From NCBI RefSeq assembly GCF_006345805.1, contig NC_043009.1, forward strand, positions 61,008,001 to 61,072,000: 64,000 nt of DNA, in the 5' to 3' direction. Both the position numbers and the translations under genes were made by a program. Within the stretch, counting starts at the first letter, position 1. Every line of letters begins with the position of its first letter. Origin of the DNA: Octopus sinensis (taxonomy: Eukaryota). This document shows, in pieces, positions 24,261 through 38,878 of the stretch. The notes below the pieces were generated by a model that made no database searches, was not told the DNA's origin, and worked only from the letters and a program-made list of their open reading frames with translations.

Positions 24261-26109
24261 ATTGAAGCTGCAAGATAATGCATGACTATTTAAAAACAAG
24301 GCCAACTGTAGCCTATCACACCTATCTTACACAATATCATTCTAAAAAATAGTCACATCATCAAAATCTCGAACTTACAAGACAATGTGTGATTAATTCA
24401 AAACAATGTGAGAAAATAAGCATTACATTTGACAGGGTAATCGGAATGCTAATGGGTTAAAATTCCTGTTTACTCTAAAGATGTTTATTTCTCTCTTCTT
24501 AGTAGGTAACAGTACATTCTAATTATCATTTCAATGACATACATACATACAGGTATGCTTGTATGTATGTATGTGTGTAGATGTTTTTGCTTTGATTGCT
24601 GTCATAGGGTTTGCATATCCTAATAACCCAAAGTACTATACCAGTGAGAATTTTACATCCAGCCAGTCCAACCAAGCTGGGAAGGCCTGAAGTGTGGGAC
24701 CAGATTAAACATGAATCACCATCAGATGCATTTGGAAGCCGTGTGACCAAAGTACAGTTCTGAATGAGGAATCAATTAAGCAATGATCAATGGTGAAACT
24801 CACAAGATCTTGGTAGATGTAATCATATTGATGATATTGACCAGGGTCACCTAGTTCTGAAAGTAAACCACAACTAGCATCTACAGAACTGATCATCATA
24901 GATGTCATTCAGTTATAGAAGATTTTGCATGATCTTATCACTACTACTACCACCAAGACAGTTATACCCACACCATTCATCATGGAGTCAAACAAAGACT
25001 GCATTCTTCTGTGGCTTTCATTGACTACAGTGTTTGAAAAAACCCCAAATTCAACCTGAGCAATCTTGACCCAATGATGATGATACAGTTATATAGCTAT
25101 GTGTGTGCATGTGTGTGAGAGGGAGATGTTAAAAGAACGTCCATTGTCCATGCTGGCATGGGTTGGCTGGTTTGACTGGGGCTGGTAAACTGGAAGGCTG
25201 CACCAGACTCCATATATAATATATATATGTAAAATTTATACATAATTTACAAGATAAGGGCAGAAGAAAAATTAGAATTTTTACCTTTAAAGGCATTTTT
25301 TGATATGCTGGCCATTGAAAAAAATTTTTTCCCGAAAAATTTTTTTTATCCTATATCAATTATAATATATATATGTATATATACATATACACATATACAC
25401 ACACGTACATACAATGACATTCATTTACTAACACAACCAAGTGTATTGATAATTAATGATATAAATGTGAATTTGTAATCATTGTAGAGAAACTGTAGCT
25501 TTGAAAGTTAAGTTAGTCCACATTACTCTGTGAGGAATATCGAGCTGCTTTCCTGGTTTCTCTGACATATACATTCATCCCTAGACAGGATGCCAGTTTG
25601 TTGCAGGGTCACTCATTTTTACCAGCTGAGTGGACTCGAGCAACATGAAATGAAGTGTTTTGCCTAGTCCAGGAACTGAAACCACAATCTTACGATCATA
25701 AGCCCAACACACTGACCACAAAGCTAAGTAGTTGTCCATAAATGTTTTCCTTCTTACTGATTTTGGATTGTGCTGGTGCCACATAAAAATTACCCAGTAC
25801 ACTCTGTAAAGTAGTTATTGTTAGGATGGGGATCCAGCTGTAGGAACCATACCTAATCAGACAACTGGAACCTAGGCACCTCTCCGGATGGTCAACTCCT
25901 CTCAAACCATCCAACTTATGCCAGCATGGAAAAGAAACGTTAAATGATGATGATGGTGATGATGAAGCTCACATCTACAGGGCAGCTACTCTTTATGACT
26001 CTACATAGTTTTTTTCTTTTCTGTCCCAAATAACTCTAACAAACTTGTTGCATTTGCACTTGGTAGGAGCTTCAATGGTGTTACTTCACCAATATTCCCT
26101 GTATTGGTA

Positions 26110-26525
26110 TACTCTTTTACTTGTTTCAGTCATTTGACCGTAGCCATGCTGGAGCACTGCCTTTAGTCGAGTAAATCGACCCCAGGACTTATTCTTTGTA
26201 AGCCTAGTAGTTATTCTATCGGTCTCTTTGCCGAACTGCTAAGTTGCGGGGTTGTTAAGCAATGTTGGGGGGGGGGACAAACAGACACACACACACATAT
26301 ACATATATATATATGTCCAACCCATGCTAGCATGGAAAACGGACGTTAAATGATGATGATGATATATATATATATGATGGGCATCTTTCAGTTTCCGTCT
26401 ACCAAATCCACTCACAAGTTTTTGGTCGGCCCGAGGCTATAGTAGAAGACACTTTTTCTTCAAAGTGCCATGCAGTGGGACTGAACCCGTAACCATGTGG
26501 TTCATAAGGAAGCTACTTACCACAA
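26110..26525 (-). mobile_element. SINE family A with a short RTE tail inserted in its internal (TA)n
   Basis: Family A body; ccaacccatgctagcatggaaaacggacgttaaatgatgatgat at about 26316-26362. Confidence 0.8.
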
Positions 26526-26539
26526 CAGGCATGATGTAT

Positions 26540-27250
26540 ATATTTATTTGAGAGCAGTCTTTTTTTTTTGTGGATGGCATTGTATGTTGTTTTCGAAACA
26601 ACATCATGACATAATGGGCAAAAGTACCTCAATGACATTTTTGGGCAGCTGCTGATTGCATGTGTTACATCCTCCACAGAAGAGTGGTGGCGTGATTGAC
26701 ATCTGACATCTTCATTTGCATCGTAAGAGCTTAAACATTTCAATGCCTCATTTATTCATTAAATATTTTGTAGCTATTTCCTAATTTCAGATTTCTAAAC
26801 CATAGTCTTCAAGATGTTGATGTGATGTAATGGTCACAAGTCCAAAAGAGAGGTTACACTTCATAATAATATTATTAATCTCCTTAAGTTTAAGGGAAAC
26901 ACCCTTGCATAACTTTTTTCTGGTATGCAGAGTATTATTACTCTTTGTTGAAGTATGCAAGTCTGGCACTTCTGGGTTCACTCGGGAGGTCAGAAGAAAG
27001 CAAGTGCTTCTTAAGGAGTTTGCTGCCACCCGACAGGATGTTATTCATTTTGTTTTCGAGCACTTGGTTGAGATATAAAAATTAGTTTCAATAAAAAAGT
27101 CAACGTCTTGTGTCAGTAACGAACAATGAGGCTTTGTCCTGGTGCCTTCCCATTATGCCTTGGTGATAGTTTCAGCTTTGATCATGTAGGTTTTTCTGTT
27201 GATGTTGGTACACTATTCTTGTTTCATTGTGCCTAGCCATGTTGAATTCT
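26540..27250 (-). mobile_element. Degenerate RLE-type (R4-like) LINE remnant with CCHC knuckle
   Basis: DVRCQSRHHSSVEDVTHAISSCPKMSLRYFCPLCHDVV resembles CR.C...E...HI...C......Y..RHD.V. Confidence 0.55.
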
Positions 27251-27324
27251 AATTAAAAATCTTCCCTTTCATTCCAGATCTGTTCATATAAATGCATGCA
27301 TATATATATATATTATATATATAT

Positions 27325-27565
27325 AAATTTAATCCAAACGGGAAACAAAAAAACAACAACAATGGAACAATTACAGTATTATTATTAATAGGCGCTCAGG
27401 AAATGGAAGCAGGGAGGTATGACGTTTCGAGCGGAGCTCTTCGTCGGAAACATAAAGAAGGAAGAGAGAGGAAAGAAAGATCCCAGAGCGGGCAACAGGG
27501 AAAGAGAAAAAAGACGACTGGTGTTTACGAGTTGCACATGGTGAAAGGCGGATGTTTCCGATAAC
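27325..27565 (-). mobile_element. (TA)n-embedded hammerhead-bearing element, copy 2
   Basis: Homology to 2052-2255; diverged flanks. Confidence 0.7.
27417..27451 (-). ncRNA. Minimal hammerhead motif, CCGACGA core
   Basis: GTTT-CCGACGA-A-GAGCTCCGCTC-GAA-ACGT-C|ATAC (one stem I mismatch). Confidence 0.65.
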
Positions 27566-29808
27566 AATATATATATATATATAATCATCATCGTTTAACG
27601 TCCGCTTTCCATGCTAGCATGGGTTGGACGAACCCATGCAAGTAAATATATATATATATACACACATATGTATGTATGTATGTATGATCGTACATGTAGA
27701 TATATATTTATACACACACACACACACTTTTTCTTAACTGATCAATGAACCGATTGAGTAAACCTATCAATAGTGAACCTATAACGATTACTGGAAACAT
27801 CTGTAAGTCAAATTTATTGCAATAAAGGAAAATATGGAATGACCATTATTTATACCTTGTTTTATATATATACATGTGTATGTGTGTGTGTGTAAAGTGC
27901 AAGTGGAAGCATAATAATTCTTGAACTCAGTGGAAAATTCTTCAGTGTTGACGTTGTGACCAACAACGGAAAGTGAATGAATCCCACAACATCACGCCGC
28001 CTTTCCCTGTCTCTAAGCAATCTGTCTATCTGAAGACTTCGTCATAAAAAGCGAAGATCACAACCATGATGACGATGACGACAACGATAATCACGAAATT
28101 GATGATTAAAATATATCTGTTGCATCCGATTCTTATTTTGACGTTTAAATATTCGTTGCCGTTATTGCTTAACCGCAGGCCAAAACATATGGTCAATCGC
28201 CTACTATGTAACTCTCCCCTCTTTTTCTTTCATATTCGTCCTTCCTTGTTTTAAGATGACAGGGTATGACGTAAGGCGATTCGACTGCTCTTTCTAATAA
28301 GTCAAGTGATCAAGTGCTTGTGTTGGCGAGACATATTAGCGCCACAGCATCTAATCATTTCTGTATGTTAAAATGACGTAGAGGAATAAAGAATCGCGTT
28401 TACCATTTAATTCATAATGTGTATGTTTATTAAGAATATATTCTAATTGTGTGTATAAAAATGAGAGCGTGAATGTAAAAGAAATATGTACTAGAGTGTA
28501 TATATTAATGTATAGAGAGAGATACACATCGTTGAAAGCGTGTGTATATGTGTGGTTGTATATAATTATGTATGAATTATGTATGTAATTATGTAAGTGT
28601 ATGCATGTAATTACGTACGCGTATGAATGTGCGTGTATGTATGCAATTATGTATGTGTGTGTATGTGTATGATAACCTGTCGCATTTTCCCATTATTTCC
28701 ATTATGTAGACATTTCGTACATCAATTATTTATTAAATTAACAAAAAAATATATGAATAAAAAATAAGTACATTGCTTTAATATAATTAAGGGGGTTGGC
28801 GGTTATATATGAGCTAATCTCATATGTATGTATAATAATACACACACACACACATACACACATTTATATAATATATATATATATATATCTATATATAAAA
28901 TATATAATATATATAAAGGCTAATCCCCTTCCATCCCTTATCCTGTAGATATTTGTATATTTGTGTCAATTTAACAGCAACTGAGAATGAAAGAACAAAA
29001 AAAATTTAAGGAAGAACCCGGTTACAGTCGATAATTTCCTTGGGATATTTTTATCATTCACAGAAATAACCAAAAACACACGTTCATACATTAGTTGAGC
29101 TTCTAGTGACTCAAGAGCTTAGAGTTTCGTTCCAATATATGAAGATCGCACTCTTCTTCAATACACATACACATGTATATATACACACATGTAATATGTA
29201 TGTGTGTATACCACACACATATATATATACACACACACACATACATATTATAAATACGTATGTATATATATATATGTATGAATATATATAATGTATGTGT
29301 GTTTTTAAAGGAAATTGACAGTGCGTGTATGTATGTAATGGATATTATTTCAAAGATTATGGATGGATCGATATATTAAAAATGTATGACTATACTATAA
29401 ACGTATTTATGTGAATGGAAGGGGGATGTATCATTAATACGAAATTTCCAGCGATCTATCTATCTCTCCGTCTACCTATCTATTTAATAAATTACACAGT
29501 AGATGTCCGCTTATTATACTTTATTACCGCACTAATCAGATTAATAAAGCAACCGCCAAGAAAGCGCCATGTTGTGTGTCACTTTCGCTTTTATCCTTGT
29601 TTCCAATATTTGCACGCTTTCTTCTTTATGTTGCTGCCTGATTCCGTATTTTTTTTTCTCCCTTCTTCTATTCTTGCAATGAGCGGTTGGCTAGGTTGAT
29701 GTCATCGATCCGGTTCTCCGTGGTGCCGCCGCTACCTCCACCACTACGCTGAACTACATGATATATTAATATATATATATATCATATAATATATATATAT
29801 ATTATATA

Positions 29809-29919
<111 letters not shown>

Positions 29920-30277
29920 TATATATCATATTATATATAATATGTATTTTATATATATATAATATATATATTATATATATATATTTTATATATATATATA
30001 TATATACGTGAATATATTATCAGTATATTATATATCGTATATATCATACACGTTCGGGCGCACGAAGAAGCTTTTATGGTTGCTTGACATGCTAGAGACA
30101 GCAGCCAAATTTCTATCAAGCACATCCTTCTATCAAGGAAAGGACAAAAGAAAAAAAAAAAAGCACATATTTGATAATGTAGTCCAGGATACACAATTTC
30201 AAGGAGGGAAAAACTGGGTCGATATGATTGGAATACATTTCAGACCATTATCTCTATTAGCGCCGTCTTGGATCAAA

Positions 30278-30308
<31 letters not shown>

Positions 30309-30313
30309 CATAC

Positions 30314-30384
<71 letters not shown>

Positions 30385-31042
30385 GTATGTATATTATATA
30401 TATATATGTATATATTACCCACATATATACATACACGCACATGCATTATATATCTATACACACAAACATATGTTATATATATGGTCTTTGATTTAGTAGA
30501 AATTAATTAAATCTAGGTTCCTGCAGGGAGGATTCTGAGACATTTATGCCTTTCCCAGGTATATTTAATTTCAATAACGGAAGTGAATCCATAGAATACC
30601 AAATCTGACTCAAATTTAAAATTTCTTCCTAAAATTTCTTTCAAACCATTTAAAAAATAAATGTACTTCTCACAACATTCGATTCATAGCAGGGAGTGGG
30701 GGGAGAAAACGCATGATATACGACATGCTGTGGCTTTCATGCCTTTCCCAAAGACATTATTAATAAGATAAAGGATGTTTTGTAGTTCTGAGCGGGAAGC
30801 GAAGTATTGACGCGCACCGACTCCTATCAACACCGGCGCCCAACCAGAACAGTTAGAATAATATATGAATAAACTGTCATTTTTTTTTTTCAAGTCTCTT
30901 CCCAACCAAATAAGGAAAACGAATTAAAATTCCGCTCAATTTGTTTTAAGGTGTGAGGAGTGATGATCATTGAAATAACTATTGTCTGCCGCTTACAGAC
31001 GGCAGCCAATGCGACTAAGCGCGTGAGGTTATCTATATATAT

Positions 31043-31075
<33 letters not shown>

Positions 31076-31136
31076 GAAACGAGTAAAAGATTAAATTTAA
31101 AAGCGTATTTTTTATAAATGTATGTGTATGTATGTA

Positions 31137-31169
<33 letters not shown>

Positions 31170-31243
31170 CTGAAACGAGTAAAAGATAAACTATAATAGC
31201 ATATATATATATATATATAATAATATATACATACATACATATG

Positions 31244-31274
<31 letters not shown>

Positions 31275-31287
31275 CCACATACATATG

Positions 31288-31338
<51 letters not shown>

Positions 31339-32252
31339 ATCTATATATATATATATATATATATTAGAAGAAATGAGGTAATATCTATAATATATGTATA
31401 TAATGCTTTAAAAAAGGGAGGATTGTGGCAATTAGCGGTATATGTGTGTGGTTTTAAATACCGGTTTTTACAGATACCGGAGTATAATAGTCAATCCATA
31501 CTTTAATTTTAATGTCTATATTTCTTTAAACCTTGTGGTCTGCGACCACACCTAAACTTGTATTCAAATAAAGACGAAACAGGCCTTTTTTTTTTTTTAA
31601 ATAAAAAACGTCATTGCGTACTCTCATCTCTCAAGAAAGAAAATATAACATATATATATGTTGCTCTACATCTAAGAGTGTGCTTCTCCGGATTACGTTT
31701 TCTACAAATGATTATATATACATATATATGTGTATATATACATCTATCTATCTATCTATCTATCTCCCCCTCTGTCTCTAATATACATGCCTTACAGCAA
31801 TTATTCACATTTCCCGCTCATGTCTACCCTAAGTAAAAAAATAAAGCTAGTTTTTCTGTGATTCTTTTTAAAAACTGCTATTTTCTATTTTTAAAATTTA
31901 AAATAATAATAATTTCTTTAGACCTTAGGTTTTAAGGAACAACAAAGGAGGCAATATTCATGTGATTCAATGACTTCCTCAGAATCTTTAAGGTAACGGG
32001 GAAAGGAAGAAGTTTGACTGCAGTTCTTGTAACGGTTCGTGTTGACCGAGGTTAATCAACAGCTAAAATACCAGTTATATACTGAGGGTTTCTTTCATAC
32101 ATCAAAAACACGTTTTTAAGATACACAAACTCACAAAATAAATTCAGGGAAACTAATAATGTCGCACAATCTCTTTTCTCTAAATGTGTATGACCTTGGC
32201 TTCGATCAGGAATCACTATATTTTTTTTTAAACATCAATATTATTATTACTA

Positions 32253-32310
<58 letters not shown>

Positions 32311-32327
32311 TATTTATTTATTTTTTT

Positions 32328-32545
32328 AAGGCGGCGAGCTGGCAGAATTGTTAACGCGCCGGGCAAAGTGCTTGGCGGCATTTCGTCCGTCTTTACGTTC
32401 AAATCCTGCCGATGTCGACTTTCATCCTTTCATCCTTTCCAGGCCGACAAAAAATAAAGAACCAGTTGAACAATGGAATCAACTCACCCCCCCCCCCAGT
32501 CCTTTCCACTCGAAATTGATGGCCACGTACTAAAATTTGAAACCC
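32328..32545 (+). mobile_element. SINE family B after an (ATT)n tract
   Basis: aaggcggcgagctggcagaattgttaac... Confidence 0.75.
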
Positions 32546-33739
32546 GTACCATTATTATTAATTGCTGTCGTTGTGGCTTTATTATATGACTGCCGAGAAA
32601 AATGTATAACTATCACACATTCCCCCCTTTTTTTTTTTTACCGACGTCAGATATTGCCAGATATATATATTCTACCTCCCCATTTGAATGAAATCTGACT
32701 GCAAAGATTCAATTTGCTAGGAAGCACTTCAATAGACGTTACAACATCGTAAGTTATCTTCCTTGGATATCTCATTATCATGCGGCTGACACAGAGAGAG
32801 AGAGAGAGGGGAAGGGGGAGTAGAGCTTTCTACTGCATTTCATTATTACCTCTCCTTCCCCTTTTCTCTCTCTCCCTCTCTCTCTCTTTCTCGCTCTCAT
32901 TTCAAATTCTGTCACTGCCTTTTTTCTTACATCCATCCACCCACACGCGCACGCATATCAGCGTGTATACATACACATACACATACATACATACACACTA
33001 CATACATACATACATACATACATACATACATACATACATACATACATACATACATACATACATACACGCATACGTATTATACATATTACATATGCTGATT
33101 ATTTTGGCCTAATTTTGCAAAGAAATTCACAATAATGAAAAATAAGTTGGAAACTAGATTTAAATAGGTAACCTTTTATTTGATAACATAATTTACACAG
33201 CTAAAATACACATGAAATATGTATTTTCCTAGAAACATTTAAAAAAGACTATCACAGGATTATGATTTTTTGCTTGTAGATGTGTCAGTAATTTACTGAA
33301 CAAGAACTTAATTGTCCTTAAATTAGACATAAAACTTCGTAATTCATATTCAGCCAAATGGGGAATGGAGATTAAACTGGTTGAAAGGTAATGCTTTTTT
33401 GAATTGGATTACCTTTGCTCAGGCCACTGCGAGACAAACTGACCAGTCTGATGTGGAAGTCATGAATTTGAGATTGAGATCAAATTGGTTTGATGAGTCT
33501 ACTCTGCCACCCTGGCTTGACATGGCTTTGCAGAGGGGTGCTGTTCTTATATGCTCTTACACATAATTTGCTTATGTGAACCTATGCACAACTGGTTATA
33601 TATTTTACCAACACTGAAGGTATGGAAAGCAAAGTTGACCTCAGTAGAATTTGAACTCAGAATGCTATAAAGTAAGTAAAACTCCCCTGGACACTACTGT
33701 CTCAAGTCCTTGGACTCATAGAACCAGTTGCCCAATTCC

Positions 33740-34172
33740 CATAGACGCCAGTCCCTTGCAGGGTTAGTGTACCTTTCCTTCATTGGGCACTAAACTTTAC
33801 TTGCGAAGACCTGTTGAGGCAAGTGAAATCGAAATCAAATTCGTTGACTGGCATCCGTGCTAGTGGAGCACTAAGAGTACCATACGAGCGTGATCATTGC
33901 CAGACCAACAAGCTGGCCTCCATGCCAGTGGCACATAAAAAACACCATTCGAGCATGATCGTTACCTACGTCACCTTACTGGCACTTGTGCTGGTGGCAC
34001 AGGAAAAAACATTTGAGCAAGGTCGTTGCCAGTGCTGCTAGACTGGCTCATGTGCAGGTGGCACATAAAAAGCACCATTTGAGCGTGGCCGTTGCTAGAA
34101 CCACCTGACTGGCCCCCGTGCCAGTGGTACATAAAAGCACCCACTACACTCTCAGAGTAATTGGCATTAGGA
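33740..34172 (+). mobile_element. RTE LINE 3' UTR fragment with tandem ~65-bp hairpin units
   Basis: At least four units of type gtgccagtggcacataaaaagcaccattcgagcgtg..gttgccag...actggc. Confidence 0.7.
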
Positions 34173-34199
34173 CCAAAACGGCACTTGGGTTTCAGTTGC

Positions 34200-34440
34200 A
34201 CAAAATCTTGACTGTGTCGAGAATGATGAAAATTTTTTGAAAACTTTGCATAGGCCTCTGAGCAGGTATTGCCAGGCTTTTGGCAAAATTTGATGCAGAT
34301 TCTCTACTCAACTTTCTCTGTCGTGGTCAATGCGATGATCACATGCTACACAACTTCCTTTCAAGCACTGCTGTAAACAGTGGAAATGAGTTAGAATGTT
34401 AAAAACTTAATGCATGTGCACAGCAAAGTTCAAGGTCATT
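34200..34440 (-). mobile_element. Mariner N-terminal remnant
   Basis: Minus-strand SNFAKSLAIPAQRPMQSFQK resembles IKFC.KLGKSATET.; low identity. Confidence 0.4.
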
Positions 34441-34969
34441 CTGTGTCAAACAGCTTCACATTGCGTACTTTAGCTTTACTACAATGGCAACAGTCCGGAT
34501 ACTTATTGATCAGACCACATGTGGTGGAACAAAAAACAGTGGGACCGAGATGTAAAGGTAAAAGGGAGGTGAGTGTTAGAAGAATGCAAGAGCTGGTGGA
34601 GGAGGGGGATAAAAAAGGGAGATAACAATGACAGGCACATGCTTGCTGGTGTGTAAAAAAAATCAGTTAAAATACTAACAGTATTCTGGGCCTTTGAAAA
34701 CCTATCTCATTCATGATAGCAAAGAAAAATGAATTTATGCTTGATAAAGACACAACACTCAATATGTGGGAGACCTAATACATTGTCTGGTTTAATACCA
34801 GTTTCAAATTTTGGCACAAGGACAGCAACTTTAAGGGAGTGGGTAAGTTGATTATATTGACTCCCAGTAATCAATTGGTCCTTACTTTATCGACCTTGAA
34901 AGGATGAAAGGCAAAGTAGACTTCAGTGGAATTTGAACCCAGAATATAAAGACGGATGAAATGCCGCAA

Positions 34970-35355
34970 AGGAGTGGCTGTGTAGTAAGCAGATTGCTTA
35001 CCAACCACATGGTTCCGGGTTCAGTCCTACTGCATGGTACCTTGGGCAAGTGTCTTCTACTATAGCCTTGGGCTGACCAAAGCCTTCTGAGTGGATTTGA
35101 TAGACGGAAACTGAAAGATGCCTGTCATATATGTGTATATGTATGTGTGTGTGTGCTTGTGTGTCTGTGTTTGTCCCCCCAACATCGCTTGACAACCAAT
35201 GCTCTGTGTTTAATTTATGTCCCTGTAACTTAGTGGTTCGGCAAAAAGAGACCGATAGAATAAGTACTAAGCTTACAAAGAATAAGTCCTGGGGTCAATT
35301 TCCTCGACTAAAAGGCCGCAGCAAATGACTGAAACAAGTAAAAGAGTAAAAGAGT
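34970..35355 (+). mobile_element. SINE family A, head-to-head with a family B copy at 34800-34970
   Basis: Homology to families A and B. Confidence 0.8.
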
Positions 35356-36212
35356 AAAGCATTTTACCCTGCGTGGTAACAGTTCAACCTGCTCGCTACA
35401 CTATTTGTCTGATTTAATATCACCAACTGATTAAACACCACCTTGTCCTTTGAGTGACTTTAGAAAGCATTTTGATTAGTATTTTCCTGGAAACATTAGC
35501 CCACACATCAGTATTACCAGCCTTAGGGGCCCCGGCAAAGATCAAGGACACCACTACTCTTTCACCACCCTTGACTATGCTATTAGAAGCAAAACTTTTC
35601 TTCTTAATAAAATCACACCAGCAAAACATTAATATATTACATGCTGTAACTGTGTGGCCTCAATCTGTCTGGTTTTATAATATAACACAATTGCCAAAGG
35701 ATCAAAGTGATAAGCAATCTCAGGGCTTTATAATACCTTCATGACAAATTCCTCAAAACAAACTCAGACAACCCCCCACATACAAGAACATATCTCCACC
35801 CACAACAACCTTCTGTTTGAATGCAACATGGAGTTGACATTCACATACAAAATCATGCAGTGTTTCCCAATTAGGTGCAGTGATTTACATGTTTATACTT
35901 GACTATACAATGTCTCCAACTACAGGACACCACCTATATTCAGAATGGAATATATCACAAAAGAAAGTATGAGAAACATCTAGAGACTCAAAAATAAAGC
36001 AGTTTTGTTTCACTTTTATTGGGGAATTTTTTTTATCTAGAAATACTTTTGATTTTCATTTAAATATTTACAGTAAGTTATATATTTCCTAGGCCTTGAT
36101 AGGCTAAATCATGTTGTATAGAGATAGATATTGTGAGATATATATTAACCTATATGTATTTAAGCAAACATTGGTACTTACACACACATTCAAATACACA
36201 CGTTCATATATA

Positions 36213-36779
36213 TTGGGTTGTCCGGAAAGTTCGTGCCAATTTATAGTAACTTACCTTTCGACTTATTTTAGAACGTGGTTGAGTCCATAAAATAGGATTT
36301 GACTGCACCTCCATTTAGAGCACAGTTTAAGCTATCTTTTCGTGGAAGAAGGTTTATGTTCCCATAACCTGTGTTAATTCTGTAACCCTTTAAAATGGAA
36401 GATAAGAAAGTTCCTTTTCGGCAATTGATGCTTTGGGAACCAGACAAAAATTGCTGCACCTCGGCTGGGATGTGTTACCCCTACCCTCCATATTCACCAG
36501 ATATTGCTCCTTCAGATTTCCACTTATTCAGGTCTCTGCAGAATAGTCTTAATGGTAAAAATTTCAATTCCTTGGATGACGTAAAAAGATACCTTGATGA
36601 ATTCTTTGCCATGAAACCACCTCAATTCTAGGAAGAGGGTATTTTCAAGTTAAAGGAAAGATGGAGATGCATTGTGCAACAAAATGCTTCATATTTGGTT
36701 GATTAAAAATGTAATGGCAAGTATTTATTGACCTTGTTCTTTCCTTTAAAAATTGGCACGAACTTTCTGGACAACCCAA
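36213..36779 (+). mobile_element. Internally deleted mariner (DD34D-type) element
   Basis: TA|TTGGGTTGTCCGGAAAGTTCGTGCCAATTT...AAATTGGCACGAACTTTCTGGACAACCCAA|TA; YPPYSPDIAPSDFHLFRSLQNSL. Confidence 0.92.
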
Positions 36780-36894
36780 TATATATTATTAAAAAAAAAC
36801 TGGGTTTCTGTTGATTAAGATGATGAGGGGTTTCAGTTGATCCAATCAATGGATCAGTCTGCTTATGAAAGTAACATGACATGCATACTCTTAA

Positions 36895-37114
36895 CCCTTT
36901 CATTACTGAATTTATTTCGAGATGTTCTGTGTTTCTCTCAATTATTTTAGATATAACAAAGAATTTTGTAAAATAACTTCGTTATCATTAAGCTGGTGTT
37001 AGGAACATAAAGTGTGACTAAGGTTTGGTGGAAGATTTTTATTCAAAACTTATGAAAACAAGACATTTGTACTCAGAGCCAGAGCCGGTTTCAGCCAGGT
37101 TGGTAATGAAAGGG
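36895..37114. mobile_element. TTAA-flanked MITE (piggyBac-like), second family
   Basis: Perfect 12-bp TIR CCCTTTCATTAC/GTAATGAAAGGG within TTAA. Confidence 0.8.
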
Positions 37115-37206
37115 TTAATGTAGTTCACAGGGAGATTCAGTGAGACACAGAATGTGATAAAGCTGGCCCTTTGAAATACAGGTACTACTGATTTATATGC
37201 ATGCAC

Positions 37207-37252
<46 letters not shown>

Positions 37253-38878
37253 TATATTTATATTGATATACATACATGCATACTATAAATGATATATAAA
37301 TATATGCATATATACATATATGTACATACCTACATATATATATGTATATATACATGCATATATGGGTACAGGACATGAAAAAAACGTTGAACACAATGAG
37401 AAACGAAAATATGAAAACAAGGGTAGTAAAGAAATAGGTATAGTGAATGGGTGGGGGTGGGGGTTATGCGGTTTGTTGGACGTGGGGCATCAATTGCAGA
37501 TATGAGGGAGTGTTAAAGATGATGTAAGTCAGTCCCTAAGATATAGCTCAGACGAGAGGAGAGACACCTAGTGGCATAGAAAAGAGTGATCAGTGAAAAA
37601 AAAAAAGTGGGAAAGGATGATATTGAGAATGATAGATGGATTTTAAAGGGAGTGGTTCTTAAGAGCGGGGAAGGTCACTTGTAGCACAAGAGGAAGAAAT
37701 ATTGGCTGATTCTGTGGCCATCTGATTACAGCAGCTGAATAGTGCCATTATTTAGAAAAATGATGTGGGGATGGATTAGGAAGATAAGAGGGAAAGAAAG
37801 TTTGATGGGGACAGATTAGGTGCAAGAGCAGGGCCCAGTGAGTGTATAAATATAAACCTTTGCTTTTAGGGCCTTCCTTTTTTCCATAACAAACGGATTT
37901 TATTAAGGACAGAAAAATGCCAATCATGTCGGTCCTTTGTCCTCTCTGTGAGGCTCAACATCTTGAGGTCAGCCTTTGCTATTTTATTTTGATGCCTTCC
38001 TCAGTCCCCACCTTCCCACAAATTCCATCCACTTTAAGCAATTAACACTTCTTTATATAGTTGTCATCATTGTTACACATCACATGACCATACCAGTGCA
38101 GCTGTCTCTCCTGCACTTTACACCTGATTCCTCTTATGCCCAGTTATTCTCTTAATACATTCGCACAGTGGCATACAAGCACACTCATGTTGCACATTCA
38201 TAGGAGCAGACTAGTTTCATTCATTTCTAATCTTTTCATGTCCTCTGCATCCAGGGTCTATGGATCACTACCATGTAACATTCCTCTTTATACAGAAGCA
38301 TTGTAGGGCCCATCTTTCACTCAAAAAGAGACAGAGAATTTTTGTTACCAGTGTAGGTAATAATAGCTCCTTGAACTTCCACCATCCTATTTCTTATTCT
38401 AGCAGCTAATACTTTCGGAACATCCTCCTCCACTACAAATTAGGTCACCTAGATAACAGAAACTATCTACTTCCTCTAGAGAACCTCTTAGACATTTGAG
38501 AGAATCTATTTCCCGTGTGCACTTAATGCTTATTGTCATGGCACATTTGCCGCATGCAGAATTTACTTTATCTATTAACCGTCCTGCAATTCTACTGTAC
38601 CTCTTGTGTGTCCATGGCTTGCACTGGGCTCACTGTATGAAATTTCTACCAACACTTTTGCTTCCAACTGAGCAGGGTCTTTTTTCTGAAGAGAGTAAAG
38701 GTCCAATCTGTTTTCTTGCTTGCTAGAACTTCCCCTTTTACTAAGTTAACTTTAAGGGTCTTTGATTCCAGGTCTTGAATCATCCACACCTGGAATTTCT
38801 CTAGTTCTACTACAGACTCCACAATAAAAATGAATAGTTCCCGAGGGCAACTATACATACATATATATATATATATAT

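Noticed and set aside
33381-33566. 61-aa ORF after a ttgctcAG acceptor
   Set aside because: No recognisable homology, no donor and no supporting exons.
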